Below are positions 1 to 10,451 of a DNA stretch of 64,000 nt, piece after piece. Source of the stretch: a virus. The notes beneath the pieces were generated by a model, which was given only the letters and a program-made list of their open reading frames with translations, was not told where the DNA came from and ran no database searches. The position numbers and the translations under genes are program-made. Within the stretch, counting starts at the first letter, position 1, and each line of letters begins with the position of its first letter. The stretch covers positions 25,906-89,905 of IMG/VR virus record IMGVR_UViG_3300048834_000455. One strand, given 5' to 3'.

Positions 1-55
1 TGCTTATCCCAAGCGCATTCCGCGCCATCTCTAGCCTTTCGGCAAATCGATCCAT
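1..55 (-). CDS. N-terminus of an XRE-family HTH repressor (CI-like), truncated by the window edge
   Basis: The reverse complement from ATG at 55 reads MDRFAERLEMARNALGIS..., a typical first helix of an HTH_3 domain. AGGA SD upstream on the minus strand (64-67). Divergent from the Cro-like gene. Not in the ORF track because it has no stop in the window. Confidence 0.65.
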   Translation of the reverse strand, partial: MDRFAERLEMARNALGIS

Positions 56-135
56 ATCGGCGATCCTAATGCAGAAGTTCTGTATTGACAACGACCGGTT
101 CATCTGTCATAAATGAATACAGAGGAACTGTAATA
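56..135. promoter_or_regulatory. Divergent lysis/lysogeny control region with a -35 TTGACA and candidate operators
   Basis: AT-rich spacer between two divergent HTH genes. TTGACA at 85-90; inverted repeats TGACA(86-90)/TGTCA(105-109) and TACAG-AGGAA-CTGTA (118-132). The -10 box is weak. Confidence 0.5.
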
Positions 136-354
136 GTGACTGTAGCCGAAAAGATAAAAGCCCTCCGTCAAGAGCGCGGACTCACCATGAAAGAGCTAGC
201 CGAGGCCCTGGGGCTCAAGCACGCTTCACAGGTATCTAACTGGGAGAACGAGGCCAACGGGCCCAGCAAAACTGCCATTGTTCGCCTGGCCGAATTCTTC
301 GGGAAAGACACCGGATTCTTTTTGGAAGGCGCAAGTACCGCAACCAAAAGTTGA
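136..354 (+). CDS. Cro/CI-type XRE HTH transcriptional regulator
   Basis: AEKIKALRQERGLTMKELAEALGL..SQVSNWENE..GPS...IVRLAEFF is a canonical HTH_3 pattern. GTG at 136 follows the SD AGAGG. Confidence 0.85.
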   Translation: MTVAEKIKALRQERGLTMKELAEALGLKHASQVSNWENEANGPSKTAIVRLAEFFGKDTGFFLEGASTATKS

Positions 355-449
355 CGGCCCTTGGTGGGCCACGACACGGCGTGTTCATACGCCGATTATA
401 CGGCCGCTCTCGGTATCGCGGGACGCGCCTACAAGAAAGGAGTGAGAAA

Positions 450-683
450 ATGTATAGACCCGTGATGCAGGGAGGCCGTGGATTCGTGAGCCTCACCCCC
501 GAAATCGACAAACACCAAGAGTACTGGGAAAACGTCGTCTCCATCGGCCTGACGCAGATTCAACGCTGCGAGGATGCCCGGTGGAAGGTCCGTCAAGCCG
601 TCGAGGAGCGCAAGGTGATTCCCGTCGACTTTCAACCCCGACCCGCCCAGATAAGAACAAAGCCGCCCAAAAGAGCGGCTTAG
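450..683 (+). CDS. hypothetical protein
   Basis: ATG at 450 preceded by a strong SD AAAGGAG; in frame with track ORF 351..683. Confidence 0.5.
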   Translation: MYRPVMQGGRGFVSLTPEIDKHQEYWENVVSIGLTQIQRCEDARWKVRQAVEERKVIPVDFQPRPAQIRTKPPKRAA

Positions 684-775
684 CTTTCCCGCTCGGCGTT
701 CACAGCGCCGGGTGGGGTTCCCTCGGAGAGAGTTCTTGCCTCCGAGTATATCAACCGCTGGAGGTTTTCACAAGA

Positions 776-997
776 GTGTCTGCTCTAACCCTGACCGTAA
801 AAGACATCGCTACTGACCTTCGTGTCCACGAGGACACCATCTACCGCGCTCTCTGGGCCGGGAAGCTCCGTGGCACCAAGCACAGCTTCGGCTGGCGCAT
901 TGCCCCATCTGACTACCGCAAGTGGCTCGACCATCATAGCTCTTCGCCTGCCGACGAGAAGGAAGCTCTGAAGGAGGCCCTCTATGGCCGCCGCTAA
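776..997 (+). CDS. excisionase-like / HTH_17 DNA-binding protein
   Basis: LTVKDIATDLRVHEDTIYRALWAGKLRGTK..GWRI is a winged-HTH (Xis/HTH_17) signature. GTG at 776 after GGAGG. Confidence 0.75.
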   Translation: MSALTLTVKDIATDLRVHEDTIYRALWAGKLRGTKHSFGWRIAPSDYRKWLDHHSSSPADEKEALKEALYGRR

Positions 998-3412
998 CGA
1001 CCGCTACGCCCTCGGTGTCCACACCATCTCCGAGGACGCTTACCCCGCGTTCCTGCTGGCTAAAATCCAGGCCGACCACGCGCAAGCCCCCGCAGAATCC
1101 CCCCTCCTCGGAGCCGCCGCCGTCGTTGGCGCCGTGCTGGGCGTCGTCCTCGTGTGCTACTGGCTGGGAGGTGTGTTGTCATGAGGGAGATTCACAGCAT
1201 CCGCTACAGTCTCACGCTGGGCAGCCGCGCCGACGAGGTGTTCGCCGACACCTTGTGGGCCGAGGGCGAGAAGTTCGCGCGCATCCTCCAGGACGGCGAC
1301 CTCGTGACCGCCGTTCTCGCGGAGGTGCCCGAGGGGCTATCGTCGCGGCCGGCGCGCACGTTCACCTGTCCCCTGGAGGCCGTCAAGTGGCTCACCCGTG
1401 GCCTGCGTAGCGACGCCCGAGCGCTGTACATCGAGGCCGAGCAGGCGCAAGGGCTGGTGGCGGCATGAGCTATCTAGTACGCCTACCCGTCTGGATCGAG
1501 GTCTACGCCGACGAGGCTCCCGCCGACCCCGAGGCCTTCGCCAAAGACGCCGCCGAGGATGGAAGTGCCAACCTGGTGGTGGTCGGACCCGCCGAGACCA
1601 CTTGCGTTGACTGCGGTCTCGGGCCTGACCACTGCGGGTGTGTCTCAGACGACGAGGACGCCCGCCAACTCGATAACCTGCAGAGAGCGAGAGATATCGC
1701 GGCATGATCGAAACTTCTCACCTCCAAATCGCCCGTGACGCCCTCCGCGAAAAAGTCGATGCCCTTGAAAAAGAGCGCGATAAGGCCGCGAAGGCGGTGC
1801 GGGAATACACGAATGTAGGCGACTGGCTTGCCCTCGGTCGGGAGCACTACGAGGCTTTTGAGGCCGCCGCCACCGAGCGATACCGCGAGGCGCTGTTTGC
1901 CCTGGACGCGCTAGGCAACCGCCTGGAGAGCCTGGAGCGCAAAGTCAAGAAGGCTCCCAGCTCGGTGACCCTCGCCTTCACCATGTCGATGCCTGGCCGC
2001 AACTCGTGGAACGGGCGCTGGTCGGGCGAGGACAAGGTCTACGCCCTGGTCCGCACCTTTCGCGGCAAAGACGTTCCCGCAGCGCAGGCCCTGGTCGCTA
2101 AAGACTACCTCTACCGCTGGGATGACGGCTGGTGCGCGGGCGTAACCGTCACCGAAGTCACGAGCGCGGAGGCTGCCAAGCTGCGCCGCAAGTCGGCCGG
2201 CTTCTGCGGCTACGACTGGATGGTTGGCTCGATCGTCAGACACGGCCGCATCACCACCGACCACGACCTTGCCAAGGAGGCTTCATGCGCAACCTAACCA
2301 TGTACGGCTACGCCGCCGAGGGCAAGCACGATCTCGGTGCCTACGCCTTTCTTCACGAAGACCAGCGCGACGAGGAGGCCAAAGAGGCCCACCGTTTCGG
2401 TACCAACACCCGTGTGCGGAAATTCAAGTTCACGCTCGAGTTTGCCGAGGACCTGTTCCCGGCCGAGCCCGAGGTTAACGGCGGAGCGACCAAGGCGGTG
2501 CTTTCATGAACGGCTTCACCGACGAGCAATGGGTTCGCTACCAAGCGGAGCACACCGCCGCCGCTACCGAGATGCTCTATCGCAACGTGCGCGACAAAGC
2601 CACCGAGGTGCACAACGAGAAGCTGCGCGAGCTTCGCCCCATCGGCGGTGTCATCGCTAGCGCCGTCACCGGCAACCCCCAGGCCCCGGCCGAGGTTCGC
2701 GAGTTCTGGGCGCGGATTGGAGACCGCAAGTGAAGATCCATCCCACGTTTCGCGCCGCCGAGTATCCCGTCGACTGGAGCCGCCTCACCGTGCTCTCGGT
2801 GGCGCTGGGCAAGCTGCCTTGCTACGGCGAGCCCGACCCCTACCTCGCACACCTCGTTGACCGCGACCCGCCTGCGCTGTCCGAGGCGCGGATGGAGGAC
2901 CTGCGGGGCCTGGCCCGTGCCGGCGTGACACCCGAGGAGATTCTGGCGAGGCTTTCGCCGGACGAGCTTGCGAGGTTGCCCTACTGATGGCCACTAACGA
3001 GAAAATCGAATCCCGCCTGATGTCGCACGTCTACGCTCTCGAACTGCTGAAATCAGAGTTCATGGAGATCATCTCCGCCGAGGAGCCCGCGACCGACCGG
3101 GCCGTCAAGGCGGCCGCCCTCTTTGCCCGAGCAACGGAGGACTTCGGGTCCTTTATCGCCTGCGTGAAGGACGACATTGCCCATCTGGTGCCCGCCGCGA
3201 AAGACGAGTTCCAGGTGGGGAAAATCCGCGTTCGCCATACCATCACCGAAAACAAGAAGCTCGACCAGGAGCGCTGGGCCGAAGCCGTAGGCGCATCTGA
3301 GGAGTTGGCCCGTATCGAGCAGGCTTCCACCCAAGCCGCTGCGGCTCTCCGAAAGGCGCGCCTCCCCTATATGCTGCCGAGCTATGGCATTGAGATCAAG
3401 GAAGTGAAGTGA
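984..3412 (+). CDS. chain of small hypothetical early genes (984..1184 with a C-terminal TM helix, 1181..1468, 1465..1707, 1704..2297, 2285..2509, 2506..2733, 2730..2987, 2987..3412)
   Basis: Consecutive + strand ORFs coupled by overlapping start/stop codons, with coding-like composition. No recognisable catalytic motifs. Confidence 0.6.
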
Positions 3413-3413
3413 T

Positions 3414-4628
3414 ATGAGCATTTTTAAGAAAGCCACCCGTGACCAACTGAAGCTCCGCATGGCGCTGGCCGGCCCGAGCGGGAGCGGCAAGACGTTCTCC
3501 GCCATGACCATCGCCAAGCGATTCGGGAAGGTCGCGGTCATTGACACCGAGCACCGCAGCGCCAGTCGCTACGCCGACCTGTTCGAGTTCGACGTGGACG
3601 AGTTCGAGCCACCGTTCCATCCCGACCGCCTGATCCGCCACATCAACGCCGCCGAAGAGGCAGGCTACGACGTTGTGGTCGTGGATAGCCTGTCCCATTT
3701 CTGGGCTGGCAAAGGCGGCATCCTAGAGATTGTCGACGAGGTGACCGCCAAGTCTCGCAGCAAGAATTCTTACAATGCCTGGAACGATGGCACGGCCATC
3801 TTCAACGACATGGTCGACAAGATCATCCGCTGCAAGATTCACATCATCTGCACTATGCGAAGCAAGTCTGAGTACCTCCAGACCGAGGACGACAAGGGCC
3901 GCAAGAAGATCGAGAAGGTCGGTACCAAGCCCATCCAGCGTGATGGCCTGGAATATGAGTTTGACCTCGTTTACGACATGGACCTTCAACACAAGGCCAT
4001 CGTCTGCAAGAGCCGCGTGTTCGGTGCTCCGGACGTGGTGCGTTTGCCCGGTGTAGAGTTGGCCGAGCTTCTCTACAACTGGACGCAGACCGGGTCTCCA
4101 CCAGCGCCGAGCCAGCCGGCGAAGACTCCCGAGGAAGATCGCCATGCCCGCACCCTGGCCCGCCTCCGTGAGTTGTTCGGCAAGGTTTATGGCAAAGACG
4201 CCAAGGCCTTCTCCGAGACCTTCGGCGTGGAGGCCAAGGACCTGCCCTCTCTGTCTCTCGAGGAGCTGGAGGCCATCGGTCGCGGTCTGGCCGCCCTGTC
4301 CGAGAAACGCCTGCAACCCGCACCACCTGCCGACCCTGAGCCCGTGACCACTCCCGCCAAGGCGGAGCCGCTGTTCAAGGATGCCAACCCCGAGAAGTAC
4401 GCCTCGATGAAGGCCAAGCTGTTCGCGGTGGCCGGCGAGGTTTGGCCCGACGACGTGAAGAGCGAGAAGACCTACGCTTTCTTCGCCGAGCACAGCCTTC
4501 TCGCTGGACACCCCACGCAGGCCCGCCGTTCCGTGAGCCTGTCGACCGAGCGCCAACTCTCCGACGCCATCAAAGCCGTCGAGAAGAAGCACACCACCAA
4601 AGCCGCCCTGACCGGCGTGAAAAACTAG
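3414..4628 (+). CDS. Sak4-like AAA ATPase (phage recombinase, AAA_24-type)
   Basis: Walker A GPSGSGKT, Walker B VVVVDSLSH, IDTE and QRDGLEYEFD motifs. Adjacent to ssb, as is typical of Sak4 modules. Confidence 0.8.
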   Translation: MSIFKKATRDQLKLRMALAGPSGSGKTFSAMTIAKRFGKVAVIDTEHRSASRYADLFEFDVDEFEPPFHPDRLIRHINAAEEAGYDVVVVDSLSHFWAGKGGILEIVDEVTAKSRSKNSYNAWNDGTAIFNDMVDKIIRCKIHIICTMRSKSEYLQTEDDKGRKKIEKVGTKPIQRDGLEYEFDLVYDMDLQHKAIVCKSRVFGAPDVVRLPGVELAELLYNWTQTGSPPAPSQPAKTPEEDRHARTLARLRELFGKVYGKDAKAFSETFGVEAKDLPSLSLEELEAIGRGLAALSEKRLQPAPPADPEPVTTPAKAEPLFKDANPEKYASMKAKLFAVAGEVWPDDVKSEKTYAFFAEHSLLAGHPTQARRSVSLSTERQLSDAIKAVEKKHTTKAALTGVKN

Positions 4629-4637
4629 GAGAAGACC

Positions 4638-5081
4638 ATGAATTCTGTTGCTATTACGGGCCGCTTAGGCGGAGACCCCGAATTGAGATTCACGAACAAC
4701 GGGAAAGCCGTTGCTTCGTTCTCACTGGCCATCAAGCAGACCAAAGAGATTACCCATTGGGTACAGTGTGAAGCGTGGGAGAAGACCGCCGAGTTCATCA
4801 ACCAGTATTTCGTAAAGGGCGATGGCATCGAGATTGTCGGCTCCCTCAAAGAGGAGACCTGGCAAGATAAAAACGGTGGAGGCAAGCGCTCTAAGCTCAT
4901 GGTGCGCGTTGGCCAGGCGCACTTCCCCGAAGGCAAAGCCGGTGGCAATGGCGGACAGGGAGAGGGCGACCGCCAGCCTGCCCGAAGTGGCCAGCAGTCA
5001 TCTCGTGGCGGGCGCAACGACTACGGCAACGACTCGGGGCTGAACCACGACGACCTCGGACCCGACGAGATCCCGTTTTGA
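4638..5081 (+). CDS. ssb: single-stranded DNA-binding protein
   Basis: MNSVAITGRLGGDPELRFT..GKAVASFSLA OB-fold start, Gly-rich linker and acidic C-terminal DEIPF. Confidence 0.95.
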   Translation: MNSVAITGRLGGDPELRFTNNGKAVASFSLAIKQTKEITHWVQCEAWEKTAEFINQYFVKGDGIEIVGSLKEETWQDKNGGGKRSKLMVRVGQAHFPEGKAGGNGGQGEGDRQPARSGQQSSRGGRNDYGNDSGLNHDDLGPDEIPF

Positions 5082-6849
5082 TGGCCACCTCTACCCCCAC
5101 CCAACTCTATCGCATCGAGGCGCAGGTATCTCCCCTCCACGCCGAGGCCCTCACCCTCCGCGGCTATGCCTTCGCTCCCGAGCCAAAGGGAGTCTGGCAG
5201 CGCACGGTTCCCGAGGCCGACCGCGACCGCGAGCTAGCGTGGGTCGACGCCAACGCCCCTGGCTGCCGTCGCAAGGCTGTGGCTGTTCCGCTGGAGGTGG
5301 CGAGATGAGCGACCTTAGCCCCAAAGACCACCTTCGCGAAGCCGTGGCCGCCCTGCGCGAGAAGCTCGAGGAGATGCCCGACCAATGCTGGAGCGCCGAG
5401 GAAATCGACGCCACCCGCCAAGCCCTGGGCTATCTCCAGAGCTTGGCCAAGGTCGCCAATGCTATCACCGTGACGGCTAAGACTAGGCCCGGTCGCGGTG
5501 AGTGGGTCGACTTCGAGCACCGCAACTGCGACGGCACCGTGTCCATCCAGCGTGTCTACGACGAGACGAGCGGTCACCGAGGCCTGTTCATCCCCGACAA
5601 GGGCATCAAGCCCAATCATGCCGACACCATCAAGGCCGAGGGCTGGGACGCTATGGCGCGAGGCCTTCTCGACCACATGGCCGTCGCTGAGTGGACCCGC
5701 CGCAACCGGACAGAGGTAACACCGTGAAGCCCCTATCCACCAAACCCATCATCCGCGACGGCGTCACCATCGCCAACGCCTACCAGTGGAGCTTCGGTTG
5801 GTGCGCCGAGTGGGTCGAGTTTGAGGGCGAACAGGAGAAGGCTCGACCCTTCAGCCTCCTCAGTCACCCCTCCAGCAAGCACGATATTTGCGCCACCTTC
5901 GAGACTCTGAAGCAGAACGTGCTCCGAACGCATGCCGAGCTGACGAAGCAGGGCCTGGCGTTCAATGCCGTGCCTCCGACTGTCGAGGTGGTCTTCTACG
6001 GTGCCAGCGACGACAACATTGAGATCGAGGGTCCGATAGAAGGCGCTGACGAGTACGGCGCTTGGATGAGCCGCGACCACAGGGGCTGCGGGGTGGTCGG
6101 CATCTTCCTCCTTGAGGGCTACGGTGGAGCCTGCCATATCAACGCCATCTATGACGGCTGCTGGTCGTTTGCCGTGGGCCAGACCGAGGAGAACACGCCC
6201 CTGCCGCCCTGGCCAGTATCGTTGTCGGCCGAGGGCTACACCACCAAGCTTACCCTGACCGTGCCCGTGGGAACTAGCGTGAGCAAGGTTGGTGACGACG
6301 ATGAGTAGCCCCTTCAACCCCTTCGTCGTTGCCGTGGAGGCGCTGCGCGAACGCATCGACGCCTACGAGGACGTTATCGCTACCCGCGAGGAGCACGACG
6401 TGCCCACCGACTCCCACGAGCAGCGATTGGCTGACACTCGAAAGGCGCTGGCTCGCTTCGAGCGCCTAGCCGCCAGAGAGGTGGAGGCGCCCGGCGAGGG
6501 CTCTCTATCGCTCGGCAACCTCACTTACGCCCCCGAGGCTGACGGCGCCCTTCGTGTCGACCTCGACGGCTACGGGGTTAGCGGGCGCATGTGGATGGAC
6601 ACGGCCGAGAAGGTCGCCCTCCATCGCTACCTTGGCGGCTTCGTGTTGCCGAAGGTGGAGCGGTTCCCTGTTGGCTCGCGCACGGATGCGGCGGGCTTCA
6701 CCGGCAGGCCGTGGGTGGACATCGCTGTCTATCGCACGACGAACCGCGTTCACGTTGGCGAGAAGGTCTTGACGCCGAAGGGGGCCCGTGCCCTTGCCGC
6801 GTGTCTGCAGGCTGCTGCTGATGAAGCGGAGGGGGTGGCCAATGCTTAA
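5081..6849 (+). CDS. four hypothetical proteins (5081..5308, 5305..5727, 5724..6308, 6301..6849)
   Basis: Translationally coupled ORFs with SD-like GGAGG/GAGG sequences. Confidence 0.6.
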
Positions 6850-7483
6850 GCCCTCCTTCATCACCTTCACCGGCGTCGACGAGCGCACCGACTGGCAGCG
6901 CGTCCAAGCGCTAAGCGACCGCTATCCCGTGGAATGGGCCGCGCTGTTTTCTCGGGACCGGCAGGGCCGCGAACGGCGCTACCCGTCAGCGGCCTGCATA
7001 GGGGCGTTTCGCGCTCTGCCCGTGACCAAGGCGGCCCACGTCTGCGGATGCTACGCCAAAGCGGTCATGGCCTGGTCTCAAGTTGACCTCGACCTGACGG
7101 GCTTCGACCGTATTCAGGTCAACCACAGTAAGCCCGAGGCCGGTGCTATTCGCGCTTTCGCTCAGGAGTGGGGAGCGAAGGGCATCATGCAGACCCGCAC
7201 CCTCGAGTTTCCTTACGGCCAACGCGTTGCACAACTCTTCGACCGCTCAGGCGGGCGTGGAGAATATCCGAGCCGTTGGCCCACCCACCCCGGCAACGGT
7301 CGTCTCGTGGGCTATGCTGGCGGTATCGGCCCCGACAACGTGCTCGACACTCTCCGCGCCATCGTCGCGACCGGCCCTTACTGGATCGACATGGAGAGCG
7401 GCGTGCGCACGGACGACTGGCTGGACCTCGACAAGTGCGAGGCTGTGCTGCGGGCGGTGTATGGCAAGGCGGTGCCCCGATGA
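6842..7483 (+). CDS. phosphoribosylanthranilate-isomerase-like TIM-barrel protein (phage type)
   Basis: ITFTGVDE start, LFDRSGGRG, GYAGGIGPDNV and WIDMESGVR resemble the TrpF-fold D-x-x-GG.G / AGGL..NV / D.SSGVE motifs. The true substrate is unknown. Confidence 0.6.
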   Translation: MLKPSFITFTGVDERTDWQRVQALSDRYPVEWAALFSRDRQGRERRYPSAACIGAFRALPVTKAAHVCGCYAKAVMAWSQVDLDLTGFDRIQVNHSKPEAGAIRAFAQEWGAKGIMQTRTLEFPYGQRVAQLFDRSGGRGEYPSRWPTHPGNGRLVGYAGGIGPDNVLDTLRAIVATGPYWIDMESGVRTDDWLDLDKCEAVLRAVYGKAVPR

Positions 7484-8471
7484 ACGCCAAGGCCCGCAAA
7501 GCGCTGCTCGCCCACGAGGTATTCGGCCAACTCGCGGCGGCCATCGAGTGGCACGTGGCGACTAGCGACTGGGACGCCTTCAACTCCGACGACTTCACGG
7601 CCGAGGAAATTCAGGCCGCACTGGAAGAGCATCGCCAGAAGTTCCGCGCTAAAGCCCACGAGAACTGGAACAGGTTCAAGCGGGAGGTCCACCGATGAGC
7701 GTCCCCCGTTTCGTTCTAGAGGAGCCCATCGACTGGGCTCTCCTCGTTTGGTACCTATCGCCGGAAGAGCGATGGCTGTTGGCCGTGTTCTGCCGCGCCT
7801 TGCTCCGCGTAAGGTCGCAGGAGGCTACGGCATGACCGACGAGGAGCTTCAGTACCTCAAGGATTGGCACCACAGCACTCAGGGCTTGATTGGTCTGGTT
7901 CACTGGAACCTAAAACAGGCGAACGGTCTGGGCGAGTTGGGTGACAAGAGCCAACGAGCCTACGAGTTGGTTTCGTCCTTCGTTCGTAACGCGCCGCGAA
8001 GCCCTGGCGAGCGTCGCCTAGCCGAGAGCCAAGCCAAGGCCGAAGCCCGTTACAAATACGGGGATGGCTGGTGCGACCAGATCAAAGACCACCGTTCCGA
8101 GTGCGAAGTCTGCATGAAGACCTACGACGACGGCGAGGTGCCACATGTCTAGCACCCTAGCCCAACGTCTTCGCGTCGCCGCAGAAGCTGAGAACGTTCG
8201 TCGTCACGTCACGCGGAGCCACCTCGACGGCATGGTGCGCTGGAAGGGCCGTCCCTCCTCGATAGGCCCGTTCCTCCTGCGCGTCCTGCAAACCGGCCCT
8301 GAGACATGGAGCGCGCTGGAGGTCGTGAAGGTCGAGTGCGGCCGCGATGGCCACTCGGAGCACTTCTACCAGCGCACGGGCGCCATCATCGCCAACGCTG
8401 ACAGCACTGATGCCGCTATCCGCGCCGGGCTTCTGGCGTTGGCGGAGCGACTGGAGGCCTCGAATGGCTAA
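7480..8471 (+). CDS. hypothetical proteins (7480..7698, 7832..8152, 8145..8471)
   Basis: Coupled + strand ORFs. Confidence 0.55.
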
Positions 8472-9000
8472 GCGCACGGCAAACTTCGGCGACTCACCTC
8501 GCACCGTTCCCGCCAACCCGCCCTTGCTCTTCCTCGACATCGACGGCGTGCTCAACGGCCACGAGCAACACGCGAACAAGTTCTGCGGCATCGGCGCAAC
8601 CCAGGCCGCGTTCCTGAACCAGATTCTCGCCGACGTGCCCGACCTGCAGATCGTGGTCTCCTCCGCGTGGCGCTACATGATTCTCGGTGGGGCGATGACC
8701 CTTAAGGGCTTCGAGCACTTGCTGCAGACCCACGGTGTCTGCGCCTACAACCGCCTGCACGGGCACACCGAGGCCGACCTAACCGACGAGATTCTTGGAG
8801 GCGGGCCGCCTCCATACGGTGGGAGAGCCGAGCTTATCGAGCGCTACGTCGACCAGCACCAGCCGAGCGCCTGGGCCGTCGTCGATGACCTGTTGCTCGC
8901 GGTCGACAACTTCGTGCAGACCGACCCCAAGCGGGGGCTCACCGAGGCGAACGTGGCCGACATCGTCACGATCCTGATGTGGGACGGGGCGACGCCATGA
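8464..9000 (+). CDS. HAD-superfamily phosphatase of the 'Swiss army knife RNA repair-like' type
   Basis: LFLDIDGVLN (motif I), IVVSSAWR (motif II), R..EI, VVDD (motif IV), FVQTDP..GLT. Confidence 0.8.
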   Translation: MAKRTANFGDSPRTVPANPPLLFLDIDGVLNGHEQHANKFCGIGATQAAFLNQILADVPDLQIVVSSAWRYMILGGAMTLKGFEHLLQTHGVCAYNRLHGHTEADLTDEILGGGPPPYGGRAELIERYVDQHQPSAWAVVDDLLLAVDNFVQTDPKRGLTEANVADIVTILMWDGATP

Positions 9001-9885
9001 CCACCTGGTTCTTCATCCTCGACTGCTCCGACGACAGGTTCAAGGTGCTGTCTCGGCATCGCGCCAAGCACGTCGCCTTTGCCCGCCTCAAGAAGGGCCA
9101 TCGCTGTCACGCCATATTCCGCCTGCAGAAGGGGCTCTACCACAAGATCTCCCGATGGGTGACGCCCTACGACCAACCCGGCTTCTTCAAGGAGGTCGAC
9201 CTAGCCAGCGACCTTCACCGAGAGCTTCTAGCCAAAATGGAGACCCACCAATGACCGCATACATTCACGGCACCTACCTGGTCCGTTCCCCCGACTACCA
9301 CGGCGACGACGAGGGCTCGCCCGTCGAGGCCAGCTTCCCCGACGACGCGGCCGAGAAGTACGCCGCCGAGAACGACTGCGAGCACGACTACCGCTTCCAG
9401 GATGGCGACGGCATTGTGCTCGAGGTCACGCACCCCGACGGCAAGGTCAGCCACTGGCGCACTTGGGGCGAGCGGGACGTCGTCTACCGCTCCCTCGAGG
9501 TGGACGAGCAGGGGGCAAAGGTATGACTGCCACCAAGTGGAACCCCCGATACGCCGCATACGCCCTCGCGAACAACCGCACGCCCGAGGAGCAGAAGGCT
9601 GCCGAGCCCGGCAACTGCGGCTACATCCTGTGGGTGACGAAGGCGCTGCGTGAGTACCGCGAGGAGAACGACCTCGAGGAGTGGGCGCCGCTGAGCAATG
9701 ACGACGTGGACACCTGGCTGTGGATGCACGCCGAGGGCGAGCGCATCCTGGCGATGAGTGACGAGGAGATTCTCGCTGACTGCCGGGCACGAGGCGAGGA
9801 CCCCGAGGTGGTCGCTGCCGAGACCAAGGCTATGCTGCTGGCCGCGCTTGATGCCGCCTGCGGGCCGACGGAGGCGACGGTATGA
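8997..9885 (+). CDS. hypothetical proteins (8997..9254, 9251..9526, 9523..9885)
   Basis: ATGA-coupled ORFs. Confidence 0.55.
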
Positions 9886-10451
9886 CCGCCGAGACCTTCG
9901 CGCAAAACTTGCGAGCCGAGATGGGGCGGCTCTTCAAATCGCATTGCGATCTATATACCGCTCTCCCCACCGGTCTTAAGCGATCATCGGGTGACTTCAT
10001 AAACGGACGACGGCTCCCCACCCCCGCCGCAATCATCGCCCTCGCCACCGCCCTCGGCTGCCCCGTTGAGCGGCTAACCGTCTCGCGGGAGGAGTTGGAA
10101 CGGCGCTGGTTGCGCGCGTCTCAGTCGCTCTATCGCGTGCGAGAGTACGCCGACGCGGCCCGAGGAGAGGGCGACACCGAGACCGCCGAGTACCTCCACA
10201 TGCTCCTCGACGAAGAGAGGGTTCCAGACCTGTGGTGGTGGCAACACGCCGAGGACGAGGAGAAGCTCGACCGCCTTCAGGAGGAGTGCGACCACCACGC
10301 CGCCCGAGCTTCGAAGCTGGACTGCGAGCGAACCGACCTCGAGTATCGCGTAGCCGAGCTTGAGCGTCGCCTAGCCAGCGCCGAAGCCGCTTGCGCCGAT
10401 GTCTCGTGGGAGTGCCCTGGGTGCGCCGCTGCGAGAGAGGCCAAGCCATGA
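9882..10451 (+). CDS. protein with an N-terminal XRE-like HTH and a C-terminal coiled coil
   Basis: FAQNLRAEM...GLKRSSGDFINGRRLPT...IIALATALGCPVERL. Confidence 0.55.
   Translation: MTAETFAQNLRAEMGRLFKSHCDLYTALPTGLKRSSGDFINGRRLPTPAAIIALATALGCPVERLTVSREELERRWLRASQSLYRVREYADAARGEGDTETAEYLHMLLDEERVPDLWWWQHAEDEEKLDRLQEECDHHAARASKLDCERTDLEYRVAELERRLASAEAACADVSWECPGCAAAREAKP

Noticed and set aside
6842-7483. Calling this gene trpF
   Set aside because: Only fold-level motifs match and no other trp genes are present, so the symbol was withheld.
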